From a virus, in IMG/VR virus record IMGVR_UViG_3300045988_028354: a DNA stretch of 64,000 nucleotides, one strand, 5' to 3'. A program made the translations under genes and the position numbers. Of the stretch, positions 47,520 to 55,450 are shown piece after piece. Positions within the stretch are counted from its first letter, which is position 1; the number at the start of each line of letters is the position of its first letter. Under the pieces are notes generated by a model. That model ran no database searches, was not told the origin of the DNA, and saw nothing but the letters and a program-made list of their open reading frames with translations.

Positions 47520-48524
47520 CTAGACCCTTTTGATACATCGCCTAAACCAAATCCCAACTTCATATACTGAACCCTTGGCAATTGTATACCTTGCCTTGTT
47601 TAACCAATAAAGGTAATTCTCTTGGTCAATGTAAATCTTAAACTGTTTAGGAAATCCCATGATTGCCTTGAAATCATTAATCCCAAGAGGATACCCATCA
47701 GGTCTAAATTGCCTATCTGCAGGTCTTAAAGTTAAAGGTGGTTTATCTAACTCCAATCGATATACTCCTGGGAGAGTACTCATCTTAGCAGTTTTAATGG
47801 GCCATTTCTTCTCTTGCTTGAAAGCACTATTCCATAATACTTGAATCTTCTCAACAGTTAGATTCTTCTTTTCCGGAAGCTTTCGATAGTCATACATTGC
47901 AAGGGTCTTTTCTATCGGGATGTTATAATTACTCCCGTAAGGAGATACAAAGAGTAAATCTCTAGTAAGTTTTGGAGCTTTTACTTGGAATACTTCATCA
48001 AAAGCATTCAAGTATTTCTTACCGGTTTTCTTATGCACTCCAATGACAATTAAACGTTTCCTTGATACTTGGGAGTTCCCATAGTCAGAAACTGACCTTT
48101 CATGAAAAATAAGTTTATAGTCCTTAAAGGTTTCCTCAAAGAATTCACAAGGAAGTAAAGATAGCAAACGAGGAAGATTTTCAATAAGAAAAATCTTAGG
48201 CTTATATTCTAATATTGCAGCAGTTACTAGATTTAAACTCCTGTTATCCTTAGGATTACCCAATTCTTTTACCTTTGAAAGCCTCATAATTGAAGCTATC
48301 CCGCAATCTGGGGAAGCAACCACAATATCTACTTTCTCATCAAATTCTTGTAAACAAAATCCCCTATAAAAGGGTATATCCCCAAAGTTTAACTTCCATT
48401 GACTCTCGCAACTAGTATGAAATACTCCTCTTGGTTCAATATTGGCTAGTATTTTATATTTCTTACTATGTAAAAATGGAAATAATAACGCCCCTTGGGC
48501 GGCTGAAACACCTAATATATTCAT
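47520..48524 (-). CDS. DNA cytosine-5 methyltransferase (divergent)
   Basis: Motif IV-like ASPDCG, motif VI IENLPRL, motif VIII DYGNSQVSRKRLIVIG, motif IX/X GINDFKAIMGFPKQF...IAKGSVYEV. Confidence 0.65.
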   Translation of the reverse strand: MNILGVSAAQGALLFPFLHSKKYKILANIEPRGVFHTSCESQWKLNFGDIPFYRGFCLQEFDEKVDIVVASPDCGIASIMRLSKVKELGNPKDNRSLNLVTAAILEYKPKIFLIENLPRLLSLLPCEFFEETFKDYKLIFHERSVSDYGNSQVSRKRLIVIGVHKKTGKKYLNAFDEVFQVKAPKLTRDLLFVSPYGSNYNIPIEKTLAMYDYRKLPEKKNLTVEKIQVLWNSAFKQEKKWPIKTAKMSTLPGVYRLELDKPPLTLRPADRQFRPDGYPLGINDFKAIMGFPKQFKIYIDQENYLYWLNKARYTIAKGSVYEVGIWFRRCIKRV

Positions 48525-48526
48525 AT

Positions 48527-49051
48527 ATGAAAAATTTAGTTCAATGTAATGTACCCGGTTTTTGTAACTTATATGTTACTAAAGGAGGTAAAGCTTTTAA
48601 AATCCAATCTAATAATACTCTAAAAGAGCTTAAAGTAGGTTATAGAACTAACTCTAAAAGAAATGGAACCTATATTAAGCCCACCGTTAGTGTTAGAGTT
48701 AGAGGTAGAAAACGTAACTCCAGACAAACTCTGGCAAGATTAGTGGCTTTAGCTTGGGTTCCCAATCCAGATAATAAAAATTGTGTATGCCACATAGACA
48801 ATAACCCCTGTAACAATCATTATAAAAATCTATACTGGGGTACAGTTTCTGAAAATAATGCACAAAAACAAACTGATGGCCGAGCTAGAGTTTACTCTGA
48901 TAGATTAAGGCTTAGAGTATATAGATATAAGTTGAGACATCCCAATACTACCTCAAGATACTTAGCCCAAAAATTTAAAATAAGTAAGACTAAAGCTCGG
49001 TCAATTGTAACGGGAAAAGATTATGTAATTAAAAATACTTATTTCTTGTAG
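48527..49051 (+). CDS. HNH homing endonuclease
   Basis: The first ATG is at 48527 (the track ORF starts upstream at 48431). YVTKGGKAFKIQS and HIDNNPCNNHYKNLYWGTVSENNAQK. Confidence 0.7.
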   Translation: MKNLVQCNVPGFCNLYVTKGGKAFKIQSNNTLKELKVGYRTNSKRNGTYIKPTVSVRVRGRKRNSRQTLARLVALAWVPNPDNKNCVCHIDNNPCNNHYKNLYWGTVSENNAQKQTDGRARVYSDRLRLRVYRYKLRHPNTTSRYLAQKFKISKTKARSIVTGKDYVIKNTYFL

Positions 49052-49389
49052 CTTCTAAGTTTTACATACTTAACCCAGGAATAATGTTTACGAGTTCGGA
49101 TATACTCCAAGTCGTGGTCATTATTATGGGCTTCCTCTTCGAAGCTTACATCATGGTATCTTTCGCTTTGTTTGTTCCACTTAGCAAAGAACATGATGAT
49201 TAGGTACTCGATTGCATACCATAAGTAGTAGAATATCCACAACATCTCTTGCATTTGCTTGAGATGAATGTGCTCATGGTTGTAATCATAAGTATCAAAC
49301 TTAGCACCTTTTCTCACAAAGACAATTCCGAATAGGTTCATTGCCTTGTATCCCTTGAAAGGGATGAATTTGTTGTAAATTACCTTCAT
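49039..49389 (-). CDS. HExxH-motif protein (putative zinc metallopeptidase, membrane-associated)
   Basis: YNHEHIHLKQ followed by the hydrophobic helix MLWIFYYLWYAIEYLIIMFF. 1-nt overlap with the endolysin gene. Confidence 0.4.
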   Translation of the reverse strand: MKVIYNKFIPFKGYKAMNLFGIVFVRKGAKFDTYDYNHEHIHLKQMQEMLWIFYYLWYAIEYLIIMFFAKWNKQSERYHDVSFEEEAHNNDHDLEYIRTRKHYSWVKYVKLRSYKK

Positions 49390-49985
49390 TATATCTTATC
49401 TTTAAAGTTTTCGTAAGCGTTTTTTAACTTCTGGTCATAGGCATTTTCAGCATAACCAGGACCATTATACTTCCGAGCAAAGCCTGCCCAGTCATGTTCC
49501 TTCAGATTTTTCAAACAACTAGTGTTATTCATGTAGTAATACATGAGTTTTAGCTGACTTGCATGAGATTCTTGCATCTTTTTCACAAATTCAAAGACGT
49601 CTTTACAGCCACAATAGCTGTGATTGAAGCCCATAATCTGAAACATTCCCCAAGAAGCTGACTTCAAAGCACATTCTTCGTCAATTTTCTTGGCAATTTC
49701 GAGTCTTTTGTACTCATTTGCTCCTCCCAAGTACTTCGATTTATCCCATTTTGGGAAACAAATGGTAGGATAACTCTTTTGAGCGGCTACCGACTTGTCT
49801 AAACCGAACTTGTTTTTGATTTCTTTGTACATAATGTGACCTTCAAACAGGATTTGAGGTCTACCATCTACTAAAAATCCATCTCTACCTGCTGCTTCAA
49901 CCAGTTGTACTGCCTTGAGAAGAGCTGGCTCTAGTCCTAAATCATTGGCTAAAGCCACAATCATTTCATTAGTTAACTTATCCAT
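49389..49985 (-). CDS. endolysin, N-acetylmuramidase (PF11860-like)
   Basis: ILFEGHIMYKE, SASWGMFQIMGFNH, DWAGFARKYNGPGYAENAYDQKL. Confidence 0.8.
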   Translation of the reverse strand: MDKLTNEMIVALANDLGLEPALLKAVQLVEAAGRDGFLVDGRPQILFEGHIMYKEIKNKFGLDKSVAAQKSYPTICFPKWDKSKYLGGANEYKRLEIAKKIDEECALKSASWGMFQIMGFNHSYCGCKDVFEFVKKMQESHASQLKLMYYYMNNTSCLKNLKEHDWAGFARKYNGPGYAENAYDQKLKNAYENFKDKI

Positions 49986-50087
49986 AACGTTATATTTTAA
50001 AGTTCATTAAAGAAAAGAAAGTATTGCGTATACCTTATCTGGATGATAGTTAGGAGTTCTATTATCTTATATAAAATTTATAATAAT

Positions 50088-50582
50088 ATGGAAGAGAAAC
50101 TCACATGTCACTTATGTAATGCACCATTAAATTTGGATGATTACAATTTAACCAGGGTAATACCTCAATTAATGAAAGAAAAATCACTTTGCTTTCAATG
50201 TGCTTTTTGGCATAACATTAAAAACGAAGATGATAAGGTAAAGAAAGATTTTTCGATGGAAATAATCCCATTAATTACTCCGGATTACCGTCATTACACT
50301 ATCCATTTTAATTCGCTATGGATAGAAACGGGTACTTTCAGAAGAGAACGTATTAAAACTTCAGAAAAGTATATAGCTATACTCACAGGAGATAACTCCA
50401 TGATTATTAACTCATATAATAATTGGGGATTCCAGGGAATAATTCCAGAACACTCTAGAGAACTATTTACTCCAAATGGAATAACACTTACTCCTGTAGA
50501 ACTTATGGAACTCTTAAGTCGTGAATCCTTTACCGCAGCAGATTTAAAAATTCTTATTGATAATTGCATTAAATCAGAATAA
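50088..50582 (+). CDS. zinc-ribbon hypothetical protein
   Basis: First ATG at 50088. CHLC...CFQC. Confidence 0.5.
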   Translation: MEEKLTCHLCNAPLNLDDYNLTRVIPQLMKEKSLCFQCAFWHNIKNEDDKVKKDFSMEIIPLITPDYRHYTIHFNSLWIETGTFRRERIKTSEKYIAILTGDNSMIINSYNNWGFQGIIPEHSRELFTPNGITLTPVELMELLSRESFTAADLKILIDNCIKSE

Positions 50583-50595
50583 TTTTGTATATTTG
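50563..50595 (+). promoter_or_regulatory. Bacteroidota-type promoter (ATTG-N21-TATATTTG)
   Basis: -7 box at 50588-50595, 24 nt upstream of the ATG at 50620. Confidence 0.55.
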
Positions 50596-50619
50596 CATAA
50601 ACATTTTAATAATAAAGAT

Positions 50620-51006
50620 ATGAAAAAGAACAAAGAAACCAAAAAGCTAAAGGAGGGTGAAGAAGTCATTTTCTCTGATGGCAAAACCTTAATGGAGAAA
50701 GTAATCGTAGAATCTATCGATAAGAAAGGTGGGTTTGCAGTACTGAGCAATAAGGTAAAAGTATCAAGAACTATCGGACCAGATGGGTTCTATACAAGGT
50801 TAGATGGTAAATCCTCAATGGTATTACCTTTAACCGACAAATCCGAATTGGATTACCAAGCATTCAAATCTTACTTCTCTATTAAGAGAAACCTGGAATT
50901 TATCGAAGCCAAGATAAAAGATATGAAGGACAAAGAGTTCAGTGAACTAATCGTAGAATTAGATAAGAAGATATCCAAAATCGTAACAAAATACTTTGAA
51001 CAATGA
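50620..51006 (+). CDS. hypothetical protein
   Basis: ATG at 50620 downstream of the promoter. Confidence 0.55.
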   Translation: MKKNKETKKLKEGEEVIFSDGKTLMEKVIVESIDKKGGFAVLSNKVKVSRTIGPDGFYTRLDGKSSMVLPLTDKSELDYQAFKSYFSIKRNLEFIEAKIKDMKDKEFSELIVELDKKISKIVTKYFEQ

Positions 51007-51215
51007 CAACTTGGATAATCTTGGGTATCATATATGCCGTATGCTATATACCTGCATGTTTTATTACTAGAGTAATTACCTCATCACACCCAATGAAAAG
51101 GGTGGGGTTCTTTTTCCTAACAGTCTGGTTAATCATGCCTCTATTTCCGATATATTTACTAATCACATACTTTAAGAACTATGAACAGAGAAATAACAAC
51201 GAAGAAGGTAGGTAG
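51003..51215 (+). CDS. small two-TM membrane protein
   Basis: Two hydrophobic helices plus a charged C-terminus. Confidence 0.5.
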   Translation: MTTWIILGIIYAVCYIPACFITRVITSSHPMKRVGFFFLTVWLIMPLFPIYLLITYFKNYEQRNNNEEGR

Positions 51216-51360
51216 GCAAAAGAAGCTTACCAACCCATGCCCAGTAATTAAGGGAGAAGTACAGATAATGGTAGGAAGTCCAAAGTGTATTACCTGCCAA
51301 TGGTTTGAAAGAAAATTCGAGAAAGATGGAAGAGCCTACGTTCACTGCAATCGATTATAA
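51181..51360 (+). CDS. possible 59-aa zinc-ribbon ORF (below track threshold)
   Basis: Hand translation MNREITTKKVGRQKKLTNPCPVIKGEVQIMVGSPKCITCQWFERKFEKDGRAYVHCNRL. Overlaps both neighbours. Confidence 0.25.
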   Translation: MNREITTKKVGRQKKLTNPCPVIKGEVQIMVGSPKCITCQWFERKFEKDGRAYVHCNRL

Positions 51361-51859
51361 CTCCTTAGAGAATAAGGTAATCGGAGGATTGGTAAGAGAC
51401 AACTACTCAAAGATAAAGAATACTTTCTACAAGGTATTCAATAAAAGAGTAAAAAATCCCAATTCACCTGTAGGATTATGTGCTGACCTAATTGAGGCTT
51501 CTAATTATAAGGATGACCCAGATAGGACTCTTTGGAGAAAGGTAATTAAATCTTGGTTCACTCCACAAAGGTTTAACCTTACCCATGTATACTTTGGATA
51601 TTCTACTCCTTTAATCCAACATCTGAAGGAAGAAGTTCTAGATATAAATGGGAGGGTATGGTTCAAGGTACCATTAGAAAAGCTTAAGGACCACGAATAC
51701 CTTATGGGAACAGCATTTTGGTTCCCTGTATCTAAAGAATATAATGCTGAACGTATTAAAATACTAGAGTGTGCTCTTGAGGACTTAGAGAGAATTAAAA
51801 GGGAGGGAGAACCAAAGCTCCCTCCTATTACCTTTGAAGAACCTAAAATATACCCATGA
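51326..51859 (+). CDS. hypothetical protein
   Basis: The track ORF starts at TTG 51305; the first ATG is at 51326. Confidence 0.55.
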   Translation: MEEPTFTAIDYNSLENKVIGGLVRDNYSKIKNTFYKVFNKRVKNPNSPVGLCADLIEASNYKDDPDRTLWRKVIKSWFTPQRFNLTHVYFGYSTPLIQHLKEEVLDINGRVWFKVPLEKLKDHEYLMGTAFWFPVSKEYNAERIKILECALEDLERIKREGEPKLPPITFEEPKIYP

Positions 51860-52068
51860 TGGAAGATTTAGCAAAGCTTACCAAAGAGGAAGAGGAAATC
51901 CTTATGCTTACCGAAGAGATTTGGAATAGGTTTTTGGCATTACCTATCAATCATCCGATGGAGGCAAATGAGATAGCGATGAAGATACATGATATCCAGA
52001 GGATGATTATATCTAGGCCTGGATTTAGGATGAACCAAGAAATGTTTAGGCAATATGGTAACGGTTGA
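51856..52068 (+). CDS. hypothetical protein
   Basis: 4-nt overlap coupling. Confidence 0.5.
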   Translation: MMEDLAKLTKEEEEILMLTEEIWNRFLALPINHPMEANEIAMKIHDIQRMIISRPGFRMNQEMFRQYGNG

Positions 52069-52321
52069 TACAGTATATGAGGATGAATTTAAGAGAATCC
52101 TAAGGTGTTCTGAGGGTAATAGGGTTTGGTATCAGTTATGGATTACTGATTTGGATATGAATTGTATTGAAAGATACTTTAAAGGTTATAATGAAGTTAA
52201 GAGATGGTGGTTACCTAATCTTCAAATGTGGTATGTTTTCTTTTATCGAAAGAATGGTGGTAAGGTTAAGGGAGTATTAGGTAGGGAAAGGACCAATAAC
52301 TTATTAGGTAGTATTCTGTAA
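52055..52321 (+). CDS. hypothetical protein
   Basis: Overlapping ORF at the end of the + strand block. Confidence 0.5.
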   Translation: MVTVDTVYEDEFKRILRCSEGNRVWYQLWITDLDMNCIERYFKGYNEVKRWWLPNLQMWYVFFYRKNGGKVKGVLGRERTNNLLGSIL

Positions 52322-52463
52322 TAAGTTGCCAGGGATATTAGGTCTCTGGCTTCTTTGTGTGTGCATGTGTGGTCTAGGTACCCCTTAATACGAGGAGCGA
52401 TTTTTGTGTGGTAGTAAATGGGGGGAACGGTTACGTTAAATTTAACATTCAAAAATAAAAAGT

Positions 52464-52491
52464 AAGGGACAAATAAAAATGTTTGTCCCTT
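52464..52491. terminator. stem-loop between convergent transcription units
   Basis: aagggacaaa / tttgtccctt, a 10-bp stem. Confidence 0.6.
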
Positions 52492-52497
52492 TCAATT

Positions 52498-52788
52498 TTA
52501 AATTAATTCAATCAAAGTAACACATGTATCTTTGTTTTGCAAAACAAATAATTCGCTACTATCGTCTTTTCTTGAATAGATATTATAATAATCTGATTCA
52601 ATTATTTTTTTGTGTCCGTCTTGCAAAAGCATTTTATCTAATGTTTCAAACGTTTCATTTAAACGCTTTTCTGTTTCTTCTTCGTCTTGCAAAGACTCGC
52701 TTTGCATATCTAAAATAGAAATATTTATCTTTCCGTCACTCTTAGAAATCGAATGATTTAAAAATTTCTTTAATAGTTCTTTGTTCAT
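52498..52788 (-). CDS. hypothetical protein (low-GC island)
   Basis: 96-aa ORF with ATG start. Confidence 0.5.
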   Translation of the reverse strand: MNKELLKKFLNHSISKSDGKINISILDMQSESLQDEEETEKRLNETFETLDKMLLQDGHKKIIESDYYNIYSRKDDSSELFVLQNKDTCVTLIELI

Positions 52789-52807
52789 ATCTTTAAAATT
52801 TTAAAAA

Positions 52808-52830
52808 AGGGAAAGATTAAATCTTTCCCT
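52808..52830 (-). terminator. rho-independent terminator
   Basis: Minus strand AGGGAAAGAT-TTA-ATCTTTCCCT followed by TTTTTT. Confidence 0.7.
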
Positions 52831-52840
52831 TTGCAGTTAG

Positions 52841-53329
52841 TTACTTGAAATTCTTAACAATATTCAAACCTTTTGTAAGAACTTCTTTTTTTGTGTCCTT
52901 TGTATTTTCGCTTGCAATAGACGCAAAAGAAAAATCATGAATTTTATAAACTTGCTTATAAAAATCGTTGAAAGCTGAAACAAGTGTTTTTAATTCATTT
53001 TGTTTCTTTTCTTCTTTTGCTTTGCAAATCGAATCAAGCAAAGAAAAAGTTGTATTTCTCAACTTTTTTCGATATGCTTTCTTTTGCTTTTCGTTCAATT
53101 CAGCAAACAGAGATTCAACATAAATTTCTGTTTTCTTTCCTAAAGAAGTTTTTAAAAGTCCGTTTGTTTTTTCATTTAGACTTTTAAAAATACTATCAAC
53201 TGATAATTTAATAGTGCTATTTGCTTTTGCTTGCGCTTTTGCTTTATTTGCACTAACTTTGTTAATTTTGTTGTTAGCAACTTCTTTTTCTACTACTACA
53301 TTCTTTAATTCTTCCATAATAAAATACAT
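52841..53329 (-). CDS. Lys-rich hypothetical protein (low-GC island)
   Basis: 162-aa ORF. Alternative ATG at 53317. Confidence 0.5.
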   Translation of the reverse strand: MYFIMEELKNVVVEKEVANNKINKVSANKAKAQAKANSTIKLSVDSIFKSLNEKTNGLLKTSLGKKTEIYVESLFAELNEKQKKAYRKKLRNTTFSLLDSICKAKEEKKQNELKTLVSAFNDFYKQVYKIHDFSFASIASENTKDTKKEVLTKGLNIVKNFK

Positions 53330-53355
53330 TTAGTTTTTAAGTTTATTTTATTATA

Positions 53356-53403
53356 TCCTTTTCTCTATAAAACTAAATGATTTATAAGAAAAAGAGAAAA
53401 GGA
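53356..53403 (-). promoter_or_regulatory. 11-bp-stem hairpin in the 5-prime leader
   Basis: tccttttctct ... agagaaaagga with a 26-nt loop, between the tandem promoters and the ATG. Confidence 0.5.
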
Positions 53404-53486
53404 ATATTTAAATTAAATTGTTTCAAAATGTCAAACGATAAAATACTATCAATACAAAAGTAGTTTTTATCTCTCTTTCTGTATTA

Positions 53487-53517
53487 CAAAGATACAACTT
53501 ATATTTTAATCTACAAA
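53487..53517 (-). promoter_or_regulatory. Bacteroidota-type promoter TTTG-N19-TATCTTTG
   Basis: Plus strand caaagata at 53487-53494 and caaa at 53514-53517. Confidence 0.55.
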
Positions 53518-53588
53518 ATTTTTAGAGAATTTTTTCTTTAAAAATAGTTAATCAAAATTTTAAATATCTCTTTGCTTTTTCAACACTA

Positions 53589-53619
53589 CAAAGATAAGAA
53601 ATATCTTTGAATCTACAAA
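53589..53619 (-). promoter_or_regulatory. second tandem copy of the same promoter
   Basis: caaagata at 53589-53596 and caaa at 53616-53619, 102 bp from the first copy, with similar flanks. Confidence 0.55.
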
Positions 53620-53981
53620 ACATTTATAGAAAAATTTTTGAGAAATTTTTAAAGAATTATTTTTAATAATTTTGCATGAAAAATTTGCAAGTAGGTTTTA
53701 GGGGTTTGAATTGGGGGCATGGTTGTGGGTAGGTAATATAGGTATATTGATGGATATAGGGAAGGGGTTGGTATAGGTACCACTTTAGAAAAAAGAAGGC
53801 CCCATACAGTCCGGTAGATATTATCTGTATATTATCATACATAAAGGCCATTAGGTGACTAGCAGGCTTTTATACCAATGCCATGGGCCATGTAGGGAGT
53901 CCTAAAGAACTAAGGCCTATATTAGGACATGGGTAAGCCTTAGCAAGTCCAATGATGGCCTAGAGTTAGGTTACATAAGAA

Positions 53982-54010
53982 AAGCCCAGTACCTAAGATA
54001 GGCTGGGCTT
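53982..54010 (-). terminator. stem-loop after 54037..54369
   Basis: aagcccag / ctgggctt, an 8-bp stem. Confidence 0.55.
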
Positions 54011-54036
54011 ATAGGGTGTAACATAGTTAGCGATAG

Positions 54037-54369
54037 TTAATCCTTGAAGATATAGAAGGTAACACCATCGAAGATATAGGTATCTTCTGCCATAGAGGTA
54101 TCGGCCATGGGTTCATCCTGTAACCTATTGAAGGTAAAGTATTCCTCATCTGTATTATAGTATACCAGGATTTCTGGTTTAGGTTCCCTTAGGTAAGCCT
54201 CTAGGGCAATGAAGGGGTTCTCTTTATCGGGTATAGGTACATAGCCAGTGAAGTTATTATCATAGGTATTATGTATGAAATTGTACCATGAGTAATAATA
54301 GTTATAGGTACATAGATATCCCATTAGGGCATTAATAGCAATTTGTGGGTTAATTTGACTTGTTCTCAT
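54037..54369 (-). CDS. hypothetical early protein
   Basis: ATG ORF 12 nt after the upstream gene. Confidence 0.6.
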   Translation of the reverse strand: MRTSQINPQIAINALMGYLCTYNYYYSWYNFIHNTYDNNFTGYVPIPDKENPFIALEAYLREPKPEILVYYNTDEEYFTFNRLQDEPMADTSMAEDTYIFDGVTFYIFKD

Positions 54370-54381
54370 AATGGTAATGTT

Positions 54382-54843
54382 TTAGCAAGTGAAAGGTACA
54401 ATAATAGTGAATAGACCGTTAAGGTATTTGATTTGAGGACTATGGTTAAAGCAAGCTTCGGAGTCGTATGGGAAGCATTCCTTGAAGGTATCAGTTAGTG
54501 TATCTATCATGGATGGTTCGTAGTCCATAAGGTTTGGAGTTTTTAAAGCAAAGGTCCATATATGGATTCCCTCATAGTCCCGTTCCTTAGTTTCGATGGA
54601 TATAAGTTGAACGTAGGGAGCAATAGTAGCAAGATATGCAATATGAGGAGTAATGTACTCTAGCATGCCTAATTGGTATTGGTCTAGAGGTTGATTGTCT
54701 TCTTGGTCAATTTCCAGTTTGGATAAATGAATAATAGGGCAAAGGTTATCCAGGTCTTTGGCATTAGGTTGATAGCCCCAATTAAGTTGATGATTAAGGA
54801 TTTGAGCATGGGTTAATTCAGTCTTAATTAAATTTGTTTTCAT
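54382..54843 (-). CDS. hypothetical early protein (acidic)
   Basis: ATG 29 nt downstream of the -7 box. Confidence 0.6.
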   Translation of the reverse strand: MKTNLIKTELTHAQILNHQLNWGYQPNAKDLDNLCPIIHLSKLEIDQEDNQPLDQYQLGMLEYITPHIAYLATIAPYVQLISIETKERDYEGIHIWTFALKTPNLMDYEPSMIDTLTDTFKECFPYDSEACFNHSPQIKYLNGLFTIIVPFTC

Positions 54844-54871
54844 ATCTATATATTTTTAATTGTTTATACTG

Positions 54872-54903
54872 CAAATATAGACATTTTTATTTAAATATGC
54901 AAA
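54872..54903 (-). promoter_or_regulatory. Bacteroidota-type promoter TTTG-N20-TATATTTG
   Basis: caaatata at 54872-54879 and caaa at 54900-54903. Confidence 0.6.
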
Positions 54904-55450
54904 TCCTACTGAGGCCCTTAATGGATAATGTCTTATAGCTCTATAACTTATTAATAATCAAAGAGTTACATAATCCATATCTCTTCTAGCCATTATTAGT
55001 TTCTTTCTAACTAAATATAAGGGCCATTAATAACATACTTACTAGTTTTAGGTACCCCTAACAGCCTACATTTTTAATATAATCCCAATAAATTTGATGG
55101 CCATGAATGGTATATTTTAATGCCTAATCCCCAAATCCTATTGCCTAATCCTAACTAATTTCTATATAATATATACTAATATAAAGGGCCATTAGGAGTC
55201 TAGGATTAAGGGGATTTAGGTACCCATATGGGCCTTAGTTGTGGGCCTTTTAGGCAATGGGTCATAATGACCAAAGGCTATGAGACTGATATGTTAGATA
55301 GCTATAGAGTAGTGGTGTTGTATAGTGATAGGGGGGCTAGGCCTAGAAGTTTGCCTTAATCCCAACACCCCCGGAAGGCCTTCAATATTGTATTAGTTAT
55401 ATGTATATTGATTATTATTATATTAGGTATGTGTATTATGTAACATAGTT

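Noticed and set aside
52243-52452. 69-aa minus-strand ORF.
   Set aside because: It overlaps the 3-prime end of the plus-strand gene 52055..52321 and extends into an intergenic G-rich region. No start-context support.
53663-53851. 62-aa minus-strand ORF (P/Y-rich).
   Set aside because: It has no promoter between it and the upstream terminator. It starts at the ATGGCC of the repeated non-coding element, and its composition looks like a translation of a C-rich repeat. It is kept only as a remote possibility.
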